Below, one piece after another: positions 1 to 12,978 of a DNA stretch of 64,000 nt. Positions within the stretch are counted from its first letter, which is position 1. Every line of letters starts with the position of its first letter. Origin of the DNA: Schmidtea polychroa (Eukaryota); contig CM097885.1 in the NCBI GenBank assembly GCA_044892525.1, positions 10,108,001 to 10,172,000 of the forward strand, given 5' to 3'. A program made the translations under genes and the position numbers. The notes beneath the pieces are model-generated. The model was not told the origin of the DNA. It did not search any database and was given only the letters and a program-made list of their open reading frames with translations.

Positions 1-750
1 ACGAGACGATGCCACTTGAGTATTCAGATGATGCAGAAGACAAATATGAGGATATTCAGCACCCAAAAGTACATGTTTCGACACGGGAGGCAATGATCGG
101 AGCAATATACTAGGTAATTTTGATATTGATGTAAATATTGGTCATAATAATTTTAATAATGTAAATAATCCTTATATATATATATATATATATAATAATG
201 TAGAACCTTTATGTAATAATATTTGTAATTTTAAAAAGTTTTCTTTAAATAATTTTAAATGTTATAGTTATTTTAATGCTGATCGATCTTTTATAAATAA
301 TAATAATAATCCTAAGAATCAAGAAGAGTATAATGAAATTAAAGAAGCAGAATATAATAATAAAATAGTAAATGAAAAAGTTTATAAATTTATTAAAAAG
401 GCAGAAGATAAATTAGAGAGAAATGAAATTGGGTGGATTAATGAAATATGGAGCAAAATATTTTCACTAAAGATGAATGGAAACGATCGAAATTGAGTTA
501 TGACAAAATGCAAGGTAGACCGAGCAACTCTTGAAATTCAGGGCTATAGAATGGAATGCTTACTAGATACAGGAGCAAGAGTAAATGTAATGGCATAAGC
601 AGTTGTGGACAAATTAGTGAATGTGAAAATCATAAAAACAGATGAGATGTTAAGATGTGCAAATGAAGGGGGTTAGTAAGGAGTTAGTAAATCTCTATAT
701 AAAATTATTATGATTAAATGTAGAAGTGAGATCAGTTAGTAGAAATAATT
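1..750 (+). mobile_element. Decayed Ty3/gypsy gag-protease remnant
   Basis: Manual translation near 535-665 gives IQGYRMECLLDTGARVNVMA*AVVDKLVNVKIIKTDEMLRCANE, a retroviral-type DTG aspartic protease motif with an internal stop; boundaries approximate. Confidence 0.65.
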
Positions 751-2510
751 ATTTCTGTTAAATATTTATATTTAAATTATATATTAAATTATATTAAATT
801 AAATCAATTAAATGTATGACAAGTAATTACATTAATATTAATAATTATCACGCCTCGGTGTTTAAATATACTAGTAAACGGCACAATTTTGAAGTTGTTA
901 TAAAAATAAATGCTTAAAGGAGACTTGAATTTAATTGCGTCTAACAATTCTTATTAAGTTACTCAAACGATTAACTAAATTTTATTTTAATCAAATTCAT
1001 CATGCTAAAACCTTTTGTTTTTTTAAGAAGAAATTTGTTAATGGGAACTTAAAAAATTCATGTGCGCACCTTAGAGGGAACGTTGACAATGATATTATCA
1101 ACGTTTATTCTAATTAACACAAATTTTATTCAATGTCTTTTTCAGTGTTATTTGCAATATATTTAGGTAGGCCATTCGGCACTATACAAATTCATTATTA
1201 AATAATTATATTTTCTTCAATCAGCGAATTATTAAATTGCTACTTCATTTTTCTCTGATAATTTATTCTTTCTGAAAGAGTACCAAAAAAGTTAAACCAT
1301 CTGATAAGGTCTTTCATACAATATTATATCCTCTAACTCTCCGTTCCAAGTTTCACTTGTAAATAAATTAGCAGTTTTTACGAAAATAAATTCCACAATT
1401 AAAAGTTTAGAATAGATTTTCTCAAATTTTAAAACATTCAAAATATAAGAAAGAAATAAGAAAACCAATGCCAAGAAACGAATCAACTTTATTTACAACA
1501 AACATCACTGAGATACATTTCCTATAATATAAGAAAAAAAGCAATAATCCTACATATTAGAAAAATACATACTTAATTTGACTTCACGCTGATGTTCCCA
1601 TCGTAAGAATTTTTGAGTTAAAAATAAGTTAAATATTAGAATTTCTGATATTTGTTTTAGAAATATTTTAGAAAAATATATTTTTGGCGATTGATTTTAT
1701 TATAAAATAAATTTCATAAAATTCCTAAAAGATAATTTATAAAAAATTAATTTATAACACAAATTTACATAAAATTAAACACCTTACCGGAAAGCCATTT
1801 CAAAAATAAAATAAAAGCTAAAATAAATTTCTAGAAAAATTAAATTTATTAAATTGATGAATCACCAATTGTAGACCAATTGATGTCCACACTAACCACC
1901 ACTATACATCTGTTTGCAGTGAACAAACGCATCTATAATATAGATTGGTGTGTACAACCAAATACAGATGAGTCACCATTTCTAATGAAATAGATAATTT
2001 AGAAATGGCTTTCAAGTAATTTTTTTTATTTAAAGTAAACTTTTAAGACTTGGATTTTGGTTCATATAGATATGAGATCATTATTCAAGCTCTAAAATAT
2101 TACTTTTCATCAACATTTTAATTATAAATTATTTATAATTAAATTTTTTGATGTTGCTTTACAAAAATATTTAATTTATTAAAAATTTAAGATAAATCTT
2201 ACGAAATAATGTCTTTGATATCTATGCAACTCAAAGTTGTGTTTTATTTATTTTCGTCAAAAATTCTTTCGGTCACTTTTTCTAAAAAATTTTAAATATT
2301 TCTGTAAATAATTTATTATAAGTGCGTTTATTCATTACAACGATTCTACATATCAATATTTTGCATGTATTTTTACTTTGTCTTGTGTTTGTGTGTATCA
2401 GGTTATTTTTTCTATCACTTTCTTACTTTCTATATTAAATACGTTTGCTCATTGCAACTCTAAAAATCAAAACATTGGTAAATTTGTATGTTTATATAAT
2501 ATACACTTAC

Positions 2511-3058
2511 TTTTCAAAGAAAACAATTCCAATTTGTTTTCCGGAAAAAAATAAAGCCACGAAGCCCATCAGTGAATTAAAAAATTCAATATTTGCTTCA
2601 TAAACATTTTTGGACATTCTGAAGTCAGAGGATTCGAAATGTGAATCAGAATAACCATTTGTCTTCAGTCTAATTTCATAAATTACTATCATAAAAATGG
2701 ACAATTTCCACGGTACGATTTTATCGTAAATTGCTATTTCCAGAATTGACCCGATGAGCTGAATTGTGCAGAAATTAAATGTGGCATTATCCATTAGTTT
2801 TGAATAGTAGGTTAGTAAATTAAAATTTAAGAAAATAAATTATAAAGACAATAATGTCCCTTAAATTCAGTTATCTAACATACAATGAAACTGACATTAT
2901 TAAAACTCAACAAATATTTCACTTTTACTCAATAAAAATGACAATATCAAAACAAGTTATTTCCGATATACTATAATAATAAAAATAATAAAAATAATAA
3001 TAATAATAATAATAATTATTATTATTATTATTATTATAATTATAATAATAATAATAAT

Positions 3059-3102
<44 letters not shown>

Positions 3103-3109
3103 TAATAAA

Positions 3110-3142
<33 letters not shown>

Positions 3143-3181
3143 TATTATTATTATTATTATAATTATAATAATAATAATAAT

Positions 3182-3262
<81 letters not shown>

Positions 3263-5319
3263 TGGTTATTTTATTAAAATCTCGATAGTGAAAATTGCGG
3301 GTATGAATCGGCATGTTCTCTATTAAAGTACCTTGTAATATTCTGGAAAATACATAAATATCAAAATATCATTGAACTATGGCAAAATACGTTGTGAATA
3401 TCCGTACGTTTGAGGGACATGCAAATAGGAAACAACCTTTGCTACTCAGGAAGAAGACAAAATTATAAATGTTCCATGCAGTGCCAAAAATACTGAAATG
3501 CAATTTCTCAATAAACAATTATTCAAAAAAATGCTAATATATTCTAATTGTTTTGTTATAATAACATTTCTGACAATTGTTAATGTATATTTTCGAATAA
3601 AATTTGATTCATTGTTTACAATTTACTTATCTGAATTTGATATGTATTTTAATAGCTACTAGCACAATTTCATTGATTATCGATTTGTTTGTTTTAATTG
3701 ATATGCAAAAATTGTTGATTGTAGATAATAAAATGATTTAGTGACATTTTAACGGTATTGACACAAATAAATATAATACATTTAACTGAAATAATGAAAT
3801 TTTGAAAAAAGTTTCCTTTTACGTGTCAGGATGGTTTTGAGGAATTAGTAATGATCCCATGCACGTTTCAGTCAATTATAAATAAATGAAGGTGGTCGTT
3901 ACCATTTGACCTCTGAACTATTTTAAACCCACCGTTATTCCGTTATCAACCACCAATTGAAAGACACGGTTCAGTTAATTGATCCGGTTCTTGATCACTG
4001 TATAAAAGAAGAATACATTGAAAATATTTTTCACCACTCAAACAAAATATTAAAAAGTTTTGTCTTATATTAAATATTGGTTTTAAAATTACCTTGGAAG
4101 TCATGTTGCAAAATATATTTAAATTATTTTACATGATCTATTGAATATACCGTATTTCCCCTATAATAAGACCTACCTCGAAAATAAGACCTAGCATGAA
4201 TTATTCGCCCACAAAAAATATAAGACCTACCCTGAAAATAAGACCTACCTTGAAAGATCTGTTTACTTATTTACATAACGAAAAAAATAGTAATTTTAAT
4301 TCAAATTAGCCATAAATATATGCTTTAAAGTGTCAAATACTGGCAAATCTGTTAGTTATTCAATCCCCAATCCAATGATCATGACCATAATTTTAAAATC
4401 ACATGTGTCGAAAATAACCCGAAAACATAACCCGAAAATAGGCCCTAGGTAGCTTTTTTTCTGAAAATTTGAAGTAAGACAGTGTCTTATTTTCGGGGAA
4501 ATACGGTAATTATAGTTTCTAGTCACTGTAAACATAAATCTTGTTATTATACGTGCCATAATAAATAAAATCATGTTTGAAATTTATTGCAATATTCGTG
4601 TCCCTAAAAATACGTTTATAGTTAATTGAAAAAAATTTAATATCAGACAAACTTTAAAATTACATATTTTTGTTTTAATGTATGATTTATTAACAATCAA
4701 ATGCTACTTGCCTTAATAAAACTAAGAACGAAGAAAACATTCATGTCTCTGCCATATTCAATGGGAGAATATGAAAGTTTTGTGATTTTCATTGTCAAAA
4801 GTCGAATGAAGCCCATCAAAAATAGACCACCAGAAATTACGAGTATTCGTTTTAGAATTTTTCTTAATAATAAATAAATAATTATTACGAAATATGTTAA
4901 GAATAATATTTCAATGTTACTTTTTGTTGTTATTGTCTCCGGTACTCCATTTTTTACCGTAGCCTTTAATACCCATATGCAGCACAAAAAATCCTACACC
5001 TACATCCATAAATCCAGTTCCAAAATAAGCTGATTTTCCTAATTCGTTTCGAAATTCAGGAAGATCTCTTGCAAATATACAAATACATGTCATTATATAG
5101 ACTATCCCTCTGTGCATGGATAAATCTCGGTGGACTTCAGAAACAATTGGATTTGTTGAAGTGTAACTGATTCTTTTCACGCTCCAAATAATATTTATAA
5201 TCACTAATATTAAACATGGGTAGGTAATATAATTAATATTTTCGATGATATATGTCGAGCACAATAATATGAATGGTATTATTTGTAATGAATGATCTAG
5301 GACGTTCCTCACCGTATCA
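2511..5319 (-). CDS. PIGW: GPI inositol acyltransferase PIG-W/GWT1-like gene, three internal exons (5319-4921, 4862-4712, 2758-2511); first and last exons not located
   Basis: Motifs TCICIFARDLPEFRNELGKSAYFGTGFMDVGVGFFV, EYGRDMNVFFVL and ANIEFFNSLMGFVALFFSGKQIG match PIG-W conserved blocks. Splice phases are compatible (58-nt GT-AG intron 4863-4920; GC-AG intron 2759-4711). Confidence 0.85.
2975..3262. repeat. (AAT)n/(ATT)n microsatellite
   Basis: Directly visible trinucleotide run with short inverted patches. Confidence 0.95.
4150..4506. mobile_element. pogo/Tigger-type MITE in a PIG-W intron
   Basis: TIRs CCGTATTTCCCC..AATAAGAC / GTCTTATTTTCGGGGAAATACGG flanked by TA on both sides; subterminal AATAAGACCTA repeats. 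Confidence 0.85.
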
Positions 5320-5329
5320 CTAAAATAAT

Positions 5330-6060
<731 letters not shown>

Positions 6061-6857
6061 GTTAAAATCCATGAAAGAAACCGTGAAATTTGTAATTAAC
6101 GAAGGTCTATAAACGAAATATCATTAAGATGTAAAAATTGTTATAAAAAATATTTAAATTTGTTCTCTACGAATACCCTAGAAGAGGGGTTTTTTGTGTG
6201 GTTCTTTTTATGTGGCCAACCCCGTAAGGATGTGGTTTATTTCAAAATATATTTTTATTGAAATACAACAAATCATTTATTTAATACTCAAAATTAAAAA
6301 TTATATCTATATTTTTTGTTTTTAGACTCTCAACCAGCCAACTCTTTCATATTTTATACTTTTGGTGGGATTTAAGAGCTAGTTAAAATCAAGTCAAATG
6401 CTGACAGAAAAAATACTTTTTATATATGGAAAAGGGGCTTTCTATCATTTTTGCGATTTGTTACAAAATTGTATATGCAATATTTTAAGTGAGATTTTTT
6501 GTATAATATTTTTGTATAATATTTTTTTGTTGTCGTTTGACAATATACCGAATTTTACTCCTTTAATAAATATATGAAAAGTAATTTTTAAGTTGCTGGC
6601 CAGTATTGTCTATGAACTACATTCCGTATAATATACGTATCTGTATGTGTGTGTGTGTGTTACGGCAAAAACACAAAAAATATTATAATGTATACATTTT
6701 TTCTATGTCCTTGGAAAATATATAGAAATAATTGACAAATGTATATATTTACCCAGAATAGTACATAACATCATAAACAAATTTTAAACATTCAAAAAAA
6801 AATATTAAATTATATTCAATCCTTAAGTTCACATTTAAAAATAACATTAAAAAATTT

Positions 6858-7077
6858 GTTATTAATATTTTAATATGATTTTACAAATTTTCAAAAATTA
6901 AAATTAGGTTTTCAAAACCTAATACGAGGTAATTTTTATTACAAAAACTAATAAGCTGACATGAAATTTGATTTAATAAATTTATTGTATAAATAGTTTA
7001 CTGTTTATTTTATTTTAGTATTGAAAACGTAATTTTAATTTTTGAAAATTTGTAAAATTATATTAAAATATTAATAA
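6858..7077. repeat. Imperfect inverted repeat (foldback/MITE-like), ~60-bp arms
   Basis: taatattttaatatgattttacaaattttcaaaaattaaaatta is the near reverse complement of taattttaatttttgaaaatttgtaaaattatattaaaatatta. Confidence 0.6.
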
Positions 7078-7504
7078 AATTATTATTAGTTTATATGAAA
7101 GATCACAAAATATTAAATATAACCTTAAAAAAATCTCAAGTTTTTTATTGATTTTATTTATTGATTTTATCTACTCCAAGGTTACTTTGGGAATTTCGGA
7201 ATCTAACTTCAAAATTTTCTAATCAGTTGTACTTTTATCATTACCCTAGGTTAAAGTAAATATGGTAACAAAATAATCGGTAAATATAAGTTATATCTAC
7301 ATTTACATAAACTTGTAGTTAAAGTACACATTTACCCGTAAATAAGTACGTTAACCTGGACATGTACATTTACCATAACTTATTCAAGTCAATTAAATGA
7401 TAGTAAGTCAAATTATATTTTAAAAATTCATGTTTTTAAGGAATAATATATTAAATTTCTTATTATGAATTTTTTTATGTTGGAAGTAAAACAAATAAAT
7501 TAAA

Positions 7505-7560
7505 GTTATTATTATTATTGTTATTATTATTATTATTATTTTATTATTATTTTATTATTA

Positions 7561-7641
<81 letters not shown>

Positions 7642-7680
7642 GATTATTATTATTATTTTATTATTATTTTATTATTACTA
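7505..7680. repeat. (ATT)n microsatellite
   Basis: Directly visible. Confidence 0.95.
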
Positions 7681-9299
7681 ACACACTAAATATCTTAATA
7701 TGATGCATTTCTTATTTTTTGAAATTAAAACAAACAATTTAAGTTACACAACAAATACAATAATTATTTTTAAAGAAAGTTTTATAATTTCAAATCTTTT
7801 TATAATTAATTGAAATAAATTTAAAAAATCAAAATTAAAATAACCTGCTAATAGTTCTGTGAAAAATGGTTTACAAAAATTACCACTTTAATTTCACAGT
7901 TTATTAACCAATCAAAATTGAATTATTGAAACTTTATTGTTACAAATATTTGTTTGTTATAAATGAAACTTTACACAATGTAAATTGGTCATTATGAGAT
8001 AAATTAGAATTTATCAAACTGATCTCATAATGACGCCGTAGTATGATTGATAAGCATCATAATTCGGTTTGTTTTAATTAGACACTTTTGATGAGACTTC
8101 TTTAAGTTGTACAAAGCTCTCCATTTATCTTTATTTATTTATCTTTATTTATTTATAAAGCCTGTCGTGATGAGAACATTTACTTGAATTTTTGAAAACA
8201 ATAAAATAAATAAAGGCTTTAAATCTTTATAAATCAACAATAACAAAACCTTAATCGAATAAGGATTACTCTTATTCGTTGTCATATATTCTCATAATAT
8301 CTTTGTGACAAAGAGAATACTTCGATACCATAGATAGAAGTGAGCTATCTAACTCAGACTTAGCCGCCCCTCCAACCATTTTAATATTTTCAGAAATGTG
8401 GCTATGCCCATTGAAAAAAGAACATGAGTGATAGAATGAGTCAAATGTTGTATCATGCATTGGAGAACAAAGGCAATGAATAAACGAGTGAGTCATACTT
8501 TTTGGGAGAACAAAGGCAATGAGTCATAGCATGAGTCATACTTTTATTTAACAAATTTTTCAAAGTAATTTTTAACATAGAATTATTTTTTCAAAAACTT
8601 TTATTTTTAAATTCTAACTCAATCCCCCCTCCCCTCCGGCCATTTTGTATTTTTCGAAAATTCGGCTGTCCTGTTAAAAAAAAGAATTTTTGTAATTTTT
8701 TCGTTTTAATGGATTTTATATTATGACCCTTTTATTTTTTAGTCATAATTTTTACCATATAGATAGAGTCGTGTGTGCTCTACATGTATTACTTCTTTTT
8801 ATAATTAAAATGAATTTTAAAATAAATTATAAAAAAATAAAAAAATTGTAAAAATAAAAAATCTTTATTAAACAAATGATTGGTAATTAAATTAATATGA
8901 TAATATTTTATTAATAAGCTTCTGAAACGTTGAGAGGCTATTTGCGAAAGATGATTTGGTTGCATTTATAAGCGTTAGTAGGCAATCAGGAATGTATCAT
9001 TTTCGTCTTCTTAACTCTTCTGAACTCGATGTTAGAGAATCATTAAGGTCTATGCGCTGTCTATTGGTGAGCGAAGGAGATCCTATGTTGGACTTACATT
9101 TTTATTTATTACATCATGCCTTCATACGATCAATCAACAATCACTCCAGAGCAAGCATAGGTCAGTTACACATAACACGTTAATTTTTAAGGTTTTCTGC
9201 AAAATAATAACTATGATCTATTGTATTAACTCTCGGTTACCCTGTAGTTTTTTACTAATGACGGTTTTTGTTACTAATTAAACCTTATTGAATGAATCT

Positions 9300-9815
9300 G
9301 GCACCAATATTCGGTGTTTGCTGATTTTTCCTCATTCCGCTTGATTTACCCGATAAGTAATGACACTAGTTGCCTCAATGGAAATTCAGGTGTCCTGGTA
9401 GGGTCGGTGCTTAGTAAGTTTCCTTTATTTTTCCGCGGTATATAGTTCTTTGAGATTTTTGCGCAGAGTTCGACTATTATTTTCATTATTCATTTAGCCT
9501 ACCTTAACTATAGATTTCTGAAACGTTGCACTCATGATCTCTGCCCAATCTGCTCTAGTTCTTTCTTTTAATGATGTATTTATATAATCTTTTTTCGTCC
9601 TGAATTGACGTTCTATCCCACCATTAGTATTGGGGTGATACGGACTCGAAAAGCATAGTTCAATTCCCATTGAATTTGTAAAATCTTTCATCATCTTAGA
9701 TTCAAATACCTTTCCACAATCTATGTGAGTCTCCTTTGGTTCTCCAAACCTAACATACCATTTCTGTAGAATTGTTTCCTTCACCATTTCTTCATCTTGT
9801 TTAGCGACAGTCGTC
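9300..9815 (-). mobile_element. Ty3/gypsy integrase core fragment
   Basis: ORF 9494-9787: WYVRFGEPKETHIDCGKVFES...SSPYHPNTNGGIERQFRT (rve integrase motifs). Confidence 0.85.
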
Positions 9816-10312
9816 AGAGAGGATCAGAGGAACCTTGGGAGAAAGTGTATGTTGATATATCTGGCGTGGAACAACAAAAACGCCTCTAGTGGAACAGCAG
9901 ATTCGTGTACTGCCGTGGTTGAGTTAAGCTCAAATCGCAAGAGAGAATGTTCGACTAATTTTAGTCTTGCCTTTGACTACTTTGAGTATATTATCAATTA
10001 AATCAACGACAACTAAATATGGAAATGAATGCAAAATAGTCATTCTTTTCATGATCAGTGCCTTTAACAATGCATTAAAAAACGGAACACTACGATGGCT
10101 TTTTACTTCGTTTACTTATTTAATCTTTTTAGTTGGAATAGGTTTTGGAATTTTTGAAATGAGATTCATTGATGGAAAATTTTCTGTAACAAGTATTTTA
10201 GGAGGTGTATAACTCGTTTTTGGTGAAACTTTGAGTTGAATACTCTTTTATTAATACTTTTTCTATGTTTTCTAAGACTTTTGCCTCTCGCTTTCAAAAA
10301 CAATCATGGTTT

Positions 10313-10907
10313 CAACTTTGTTTATAAACTATTGACCCGTTTTCTTTGAAAATATCTGTCTTCACTCGCAAATTATCACTGTTGTGTGACACTGTTATGT
10401 GAAATCAAGAAATATATCCATGAGGTTGTTTCGTAGCATCTTGAAATGCATTTATCAGAAAACTAAGATTATTTGAATACGCCTGTCTTGCAAGAAAATC
10501 AATAATTGTTGCATCTCTAGGATTTTTAAAAACAACTACGTATTGAACATTTAAGTTACGAGTTTGATGTGGACCTCCTTAATGAAACAAATTTTGAGAT
10601 ATAAATATAACAGTTCCACCAATGTGTCCACTGATTTTGGTTAATAAATTATTGAAATTTATTAAATTAAATTTTATTAAATTAAAACTTGTTATATTAA
10701 AATTTATTGAAACCTTTACTGTTTTCATATTTTTCAATTTACAGAAACTATCGTGAGTTAATCCATGTTCTTCATCAGCACCCCGATGCCAATAAATATG
10801 GTTAAAATTTGATTTGAATAAATGTGATTTTAGTAATTTGCAAACAAAGTTTTTCCACTACCAATTGGTCCAACTGTTTGATATACAGCATCATTTCTTA
10901 GTTCCAT
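10313..10907 (-). pseudogene. A32/FtsK-like DNA-packaging ATPase of Polinton type, frameshifted
   Basis: Manual translation: MELRNDAVYQTVGPIGSGKT (Walker A) ... VIFISQNLFH*GGPHQTRNLNVQYVVVFKNPRDATIIDFLARQAY ... FQDATKQPHGY. Confidence 0.85.
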
Positions 10908-11016
10908 TTTAATATATATTTAAAAATGAATATTGTTTATATCGTAAAGGATAAAGATGTTTTAATTACTCTATTATAATATAAAAATACTCAATTTTAA
11001 TAAGTATTCATTACAT

Positions 11017-11440
11017 ATGTTGAGAAATATTAATTATAGAGGTCGTGTGTCTTTTGGAAACGATCGGAATGATATATTTTTCCAAGTGTAAACCACAACA
11101 ACATGTTAACAAAACTGGAAAATATACTCCCATATTTTTCAAAAATGGTAAATGTCGTATAATTGGTTGTAAAAAGCCTATCGAATTGGATAATTTACAA
11201 TATAATATCAAAGATATTCAAGTTCAAAGTCTTACTGTAACTACTAAGGTTGAACAATCTATTAATTAGAATAATTTAGCAAAGTTATTAGATGGAGATT
11301 GTACATATGAACCTGAATTATCCTCTGATATGTGTTAAGCCAAATATAACCCACTGTGTGTAAATAATTTTTTATGTAGTGAAACAGTTGTACTAGGTAT
11401 TAAAAATTTAGATTTTCATACAATTTTGAAGGAATTATAA
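11017..11440 (+). pseudogene. TATA-binding-protein-like gene, disrupted
   Basis: Two TBP-like half repeats: YTPIFFKNGKCRIIGCK, then IQVQSLTVTTKVEQSIN*NNLAKLLDGDCTYEPEL; contains a frameshift and stops. Confidence 0.65.
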
Positions 11441-12978
11441 ACGATGTAAAGGATTTGATTGAATCTTTAACAATTTCTACGAGTATAAGTAACGAGGATT
11501 TGCTTGAATATTTATTCAATAATTACTGAAATTGATGGTAATTTTGGTTTATTTTAGGTTTTTTATTTTGTTTAGAAACTATACTGCAGGTTTTGATTGA
11601 TAAAATTGAAGATTTCTATCCGAATTTGAACAAATACTTGATAAGTTGTGCTCCAGAAGTTGTGTTTTACAGAATTTATGAAATCACTGGAATAAATGTT
11701 ATAGAATTAGTTCATATTGATCATTTCTACGATTACATGCTACACTGATGATGTTGAAAATTGTGATTTTTGTACAAATAATATACGAGATACTAGTGGG
11801 AATAATAATTGTACCTGTTTTGTTAATCTACAGAAATGAGAAATAATTCATGTGCTACTTGCAAAATTGTAAAAAATCTATTGTTGTAATAAAAAATAAA
11901 ATATACATGTATAAAATTATATTTGTTTTGTGATACAATAAATCATTTCGAAATTTGTTAATTAGCACAAAGTATATTAGTTGATCACGTTTTGATCATG
12001 CCTGTCAATTGAAACCTTGTTTACAGTGGAATTAATATAAATATCTGGTTCAAATCATTACTGATTACACCTACAAATAGATTATCAAATTAAAAGTTTG
12101 TTGTTCATTTCAAATATTCTATTTAATTGTTTTTTAATTTAGGAGTATTGAATAGGAAAAATGTTGATTCCGCTCAAGAATTTGGAAAACGGAAATTTAA
12201 AGAGGTGACATTATCCTTGGAAACATTATTCATTGTTCGAGTAAATACAAAAAAGCCAGTAGAACTTTTACAATACAAACTAGATTATTTGTATTGTCCA
12301 ATTTCTTATATATTTAAGGTAAGTTTGTATAAATTATTTTGGATTTTATTTTTGCGAATCAGTAACTCTGGAAAAGTTTTTTTTCCAAAATCAAGTTCGA
12401 CCATAAGATCATATTGGAACAATTTTTTCAGAGAATGAACGAAAATATGGAATTCAATGAAGAAGAAATGTTTATCAAATGCGATTTGGACGTAATTCCC
12501 AATGGAGAGAAGATGAGTAAAATAACTTTCATGGTTACAGTACTCATTCAAGGATATAATGTAAGCAGAGACCAAATCAAACCAATTTGGAAGATTATAA
12601 AAGCCGAAGAAAAGTTTGACGACGATCGTTGTATAGTTTGAATTTTATTTTAATAAATCTTTATTAGTCTTTTGTGTTTTTTAAATAATAATGACATAAC
12701 TTTTATAAAAACAACTAAATCAAGTTTTAAATTTATTAATTATCACATGTGCAGTTTTGATCTTTACGATTTCCTTTCATAATGTAAGATGTATTTATAT
12801 AAACTATTCATATTTATAGTATTTATATTTTATTGTTTGAATGTTGAGGTATGTTGAAATTGATTGTTGAAATTGTACGAAATATTATTTGGATTTTAAT
12901 TAATTCCCCAGAAATGAATTAAGAAAATACTTTGTTTCAAGTTCTTTTTAAAGGAGGCGAAACTCAGTGATAATAATG

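Larger units (their letters stand above)
9950..12700. mobile_element. Polinton/Maverick-like element remnant
   Basis: Packaging ATPase pseudogene plus a downstream small-ORF remnant (..ILHSFPYLVVVDLIDNILKVVKG) on minus; TBP-like and unknown ORF remnants on plus. No TIR, DNA polymerase or capsid gene seen. Confidence 0.7.

Noticed and set aside
1292..1486. Possible next PIG-W exon
   Set aside because: The nearest acceptor gives a stop in the required phase and no PIG-W motif is present
8900..9240. Possible piggyBac-like Cys-rich tail on minus
   Set aside because: Too degenerate; no TTAA-bounded TIR identified
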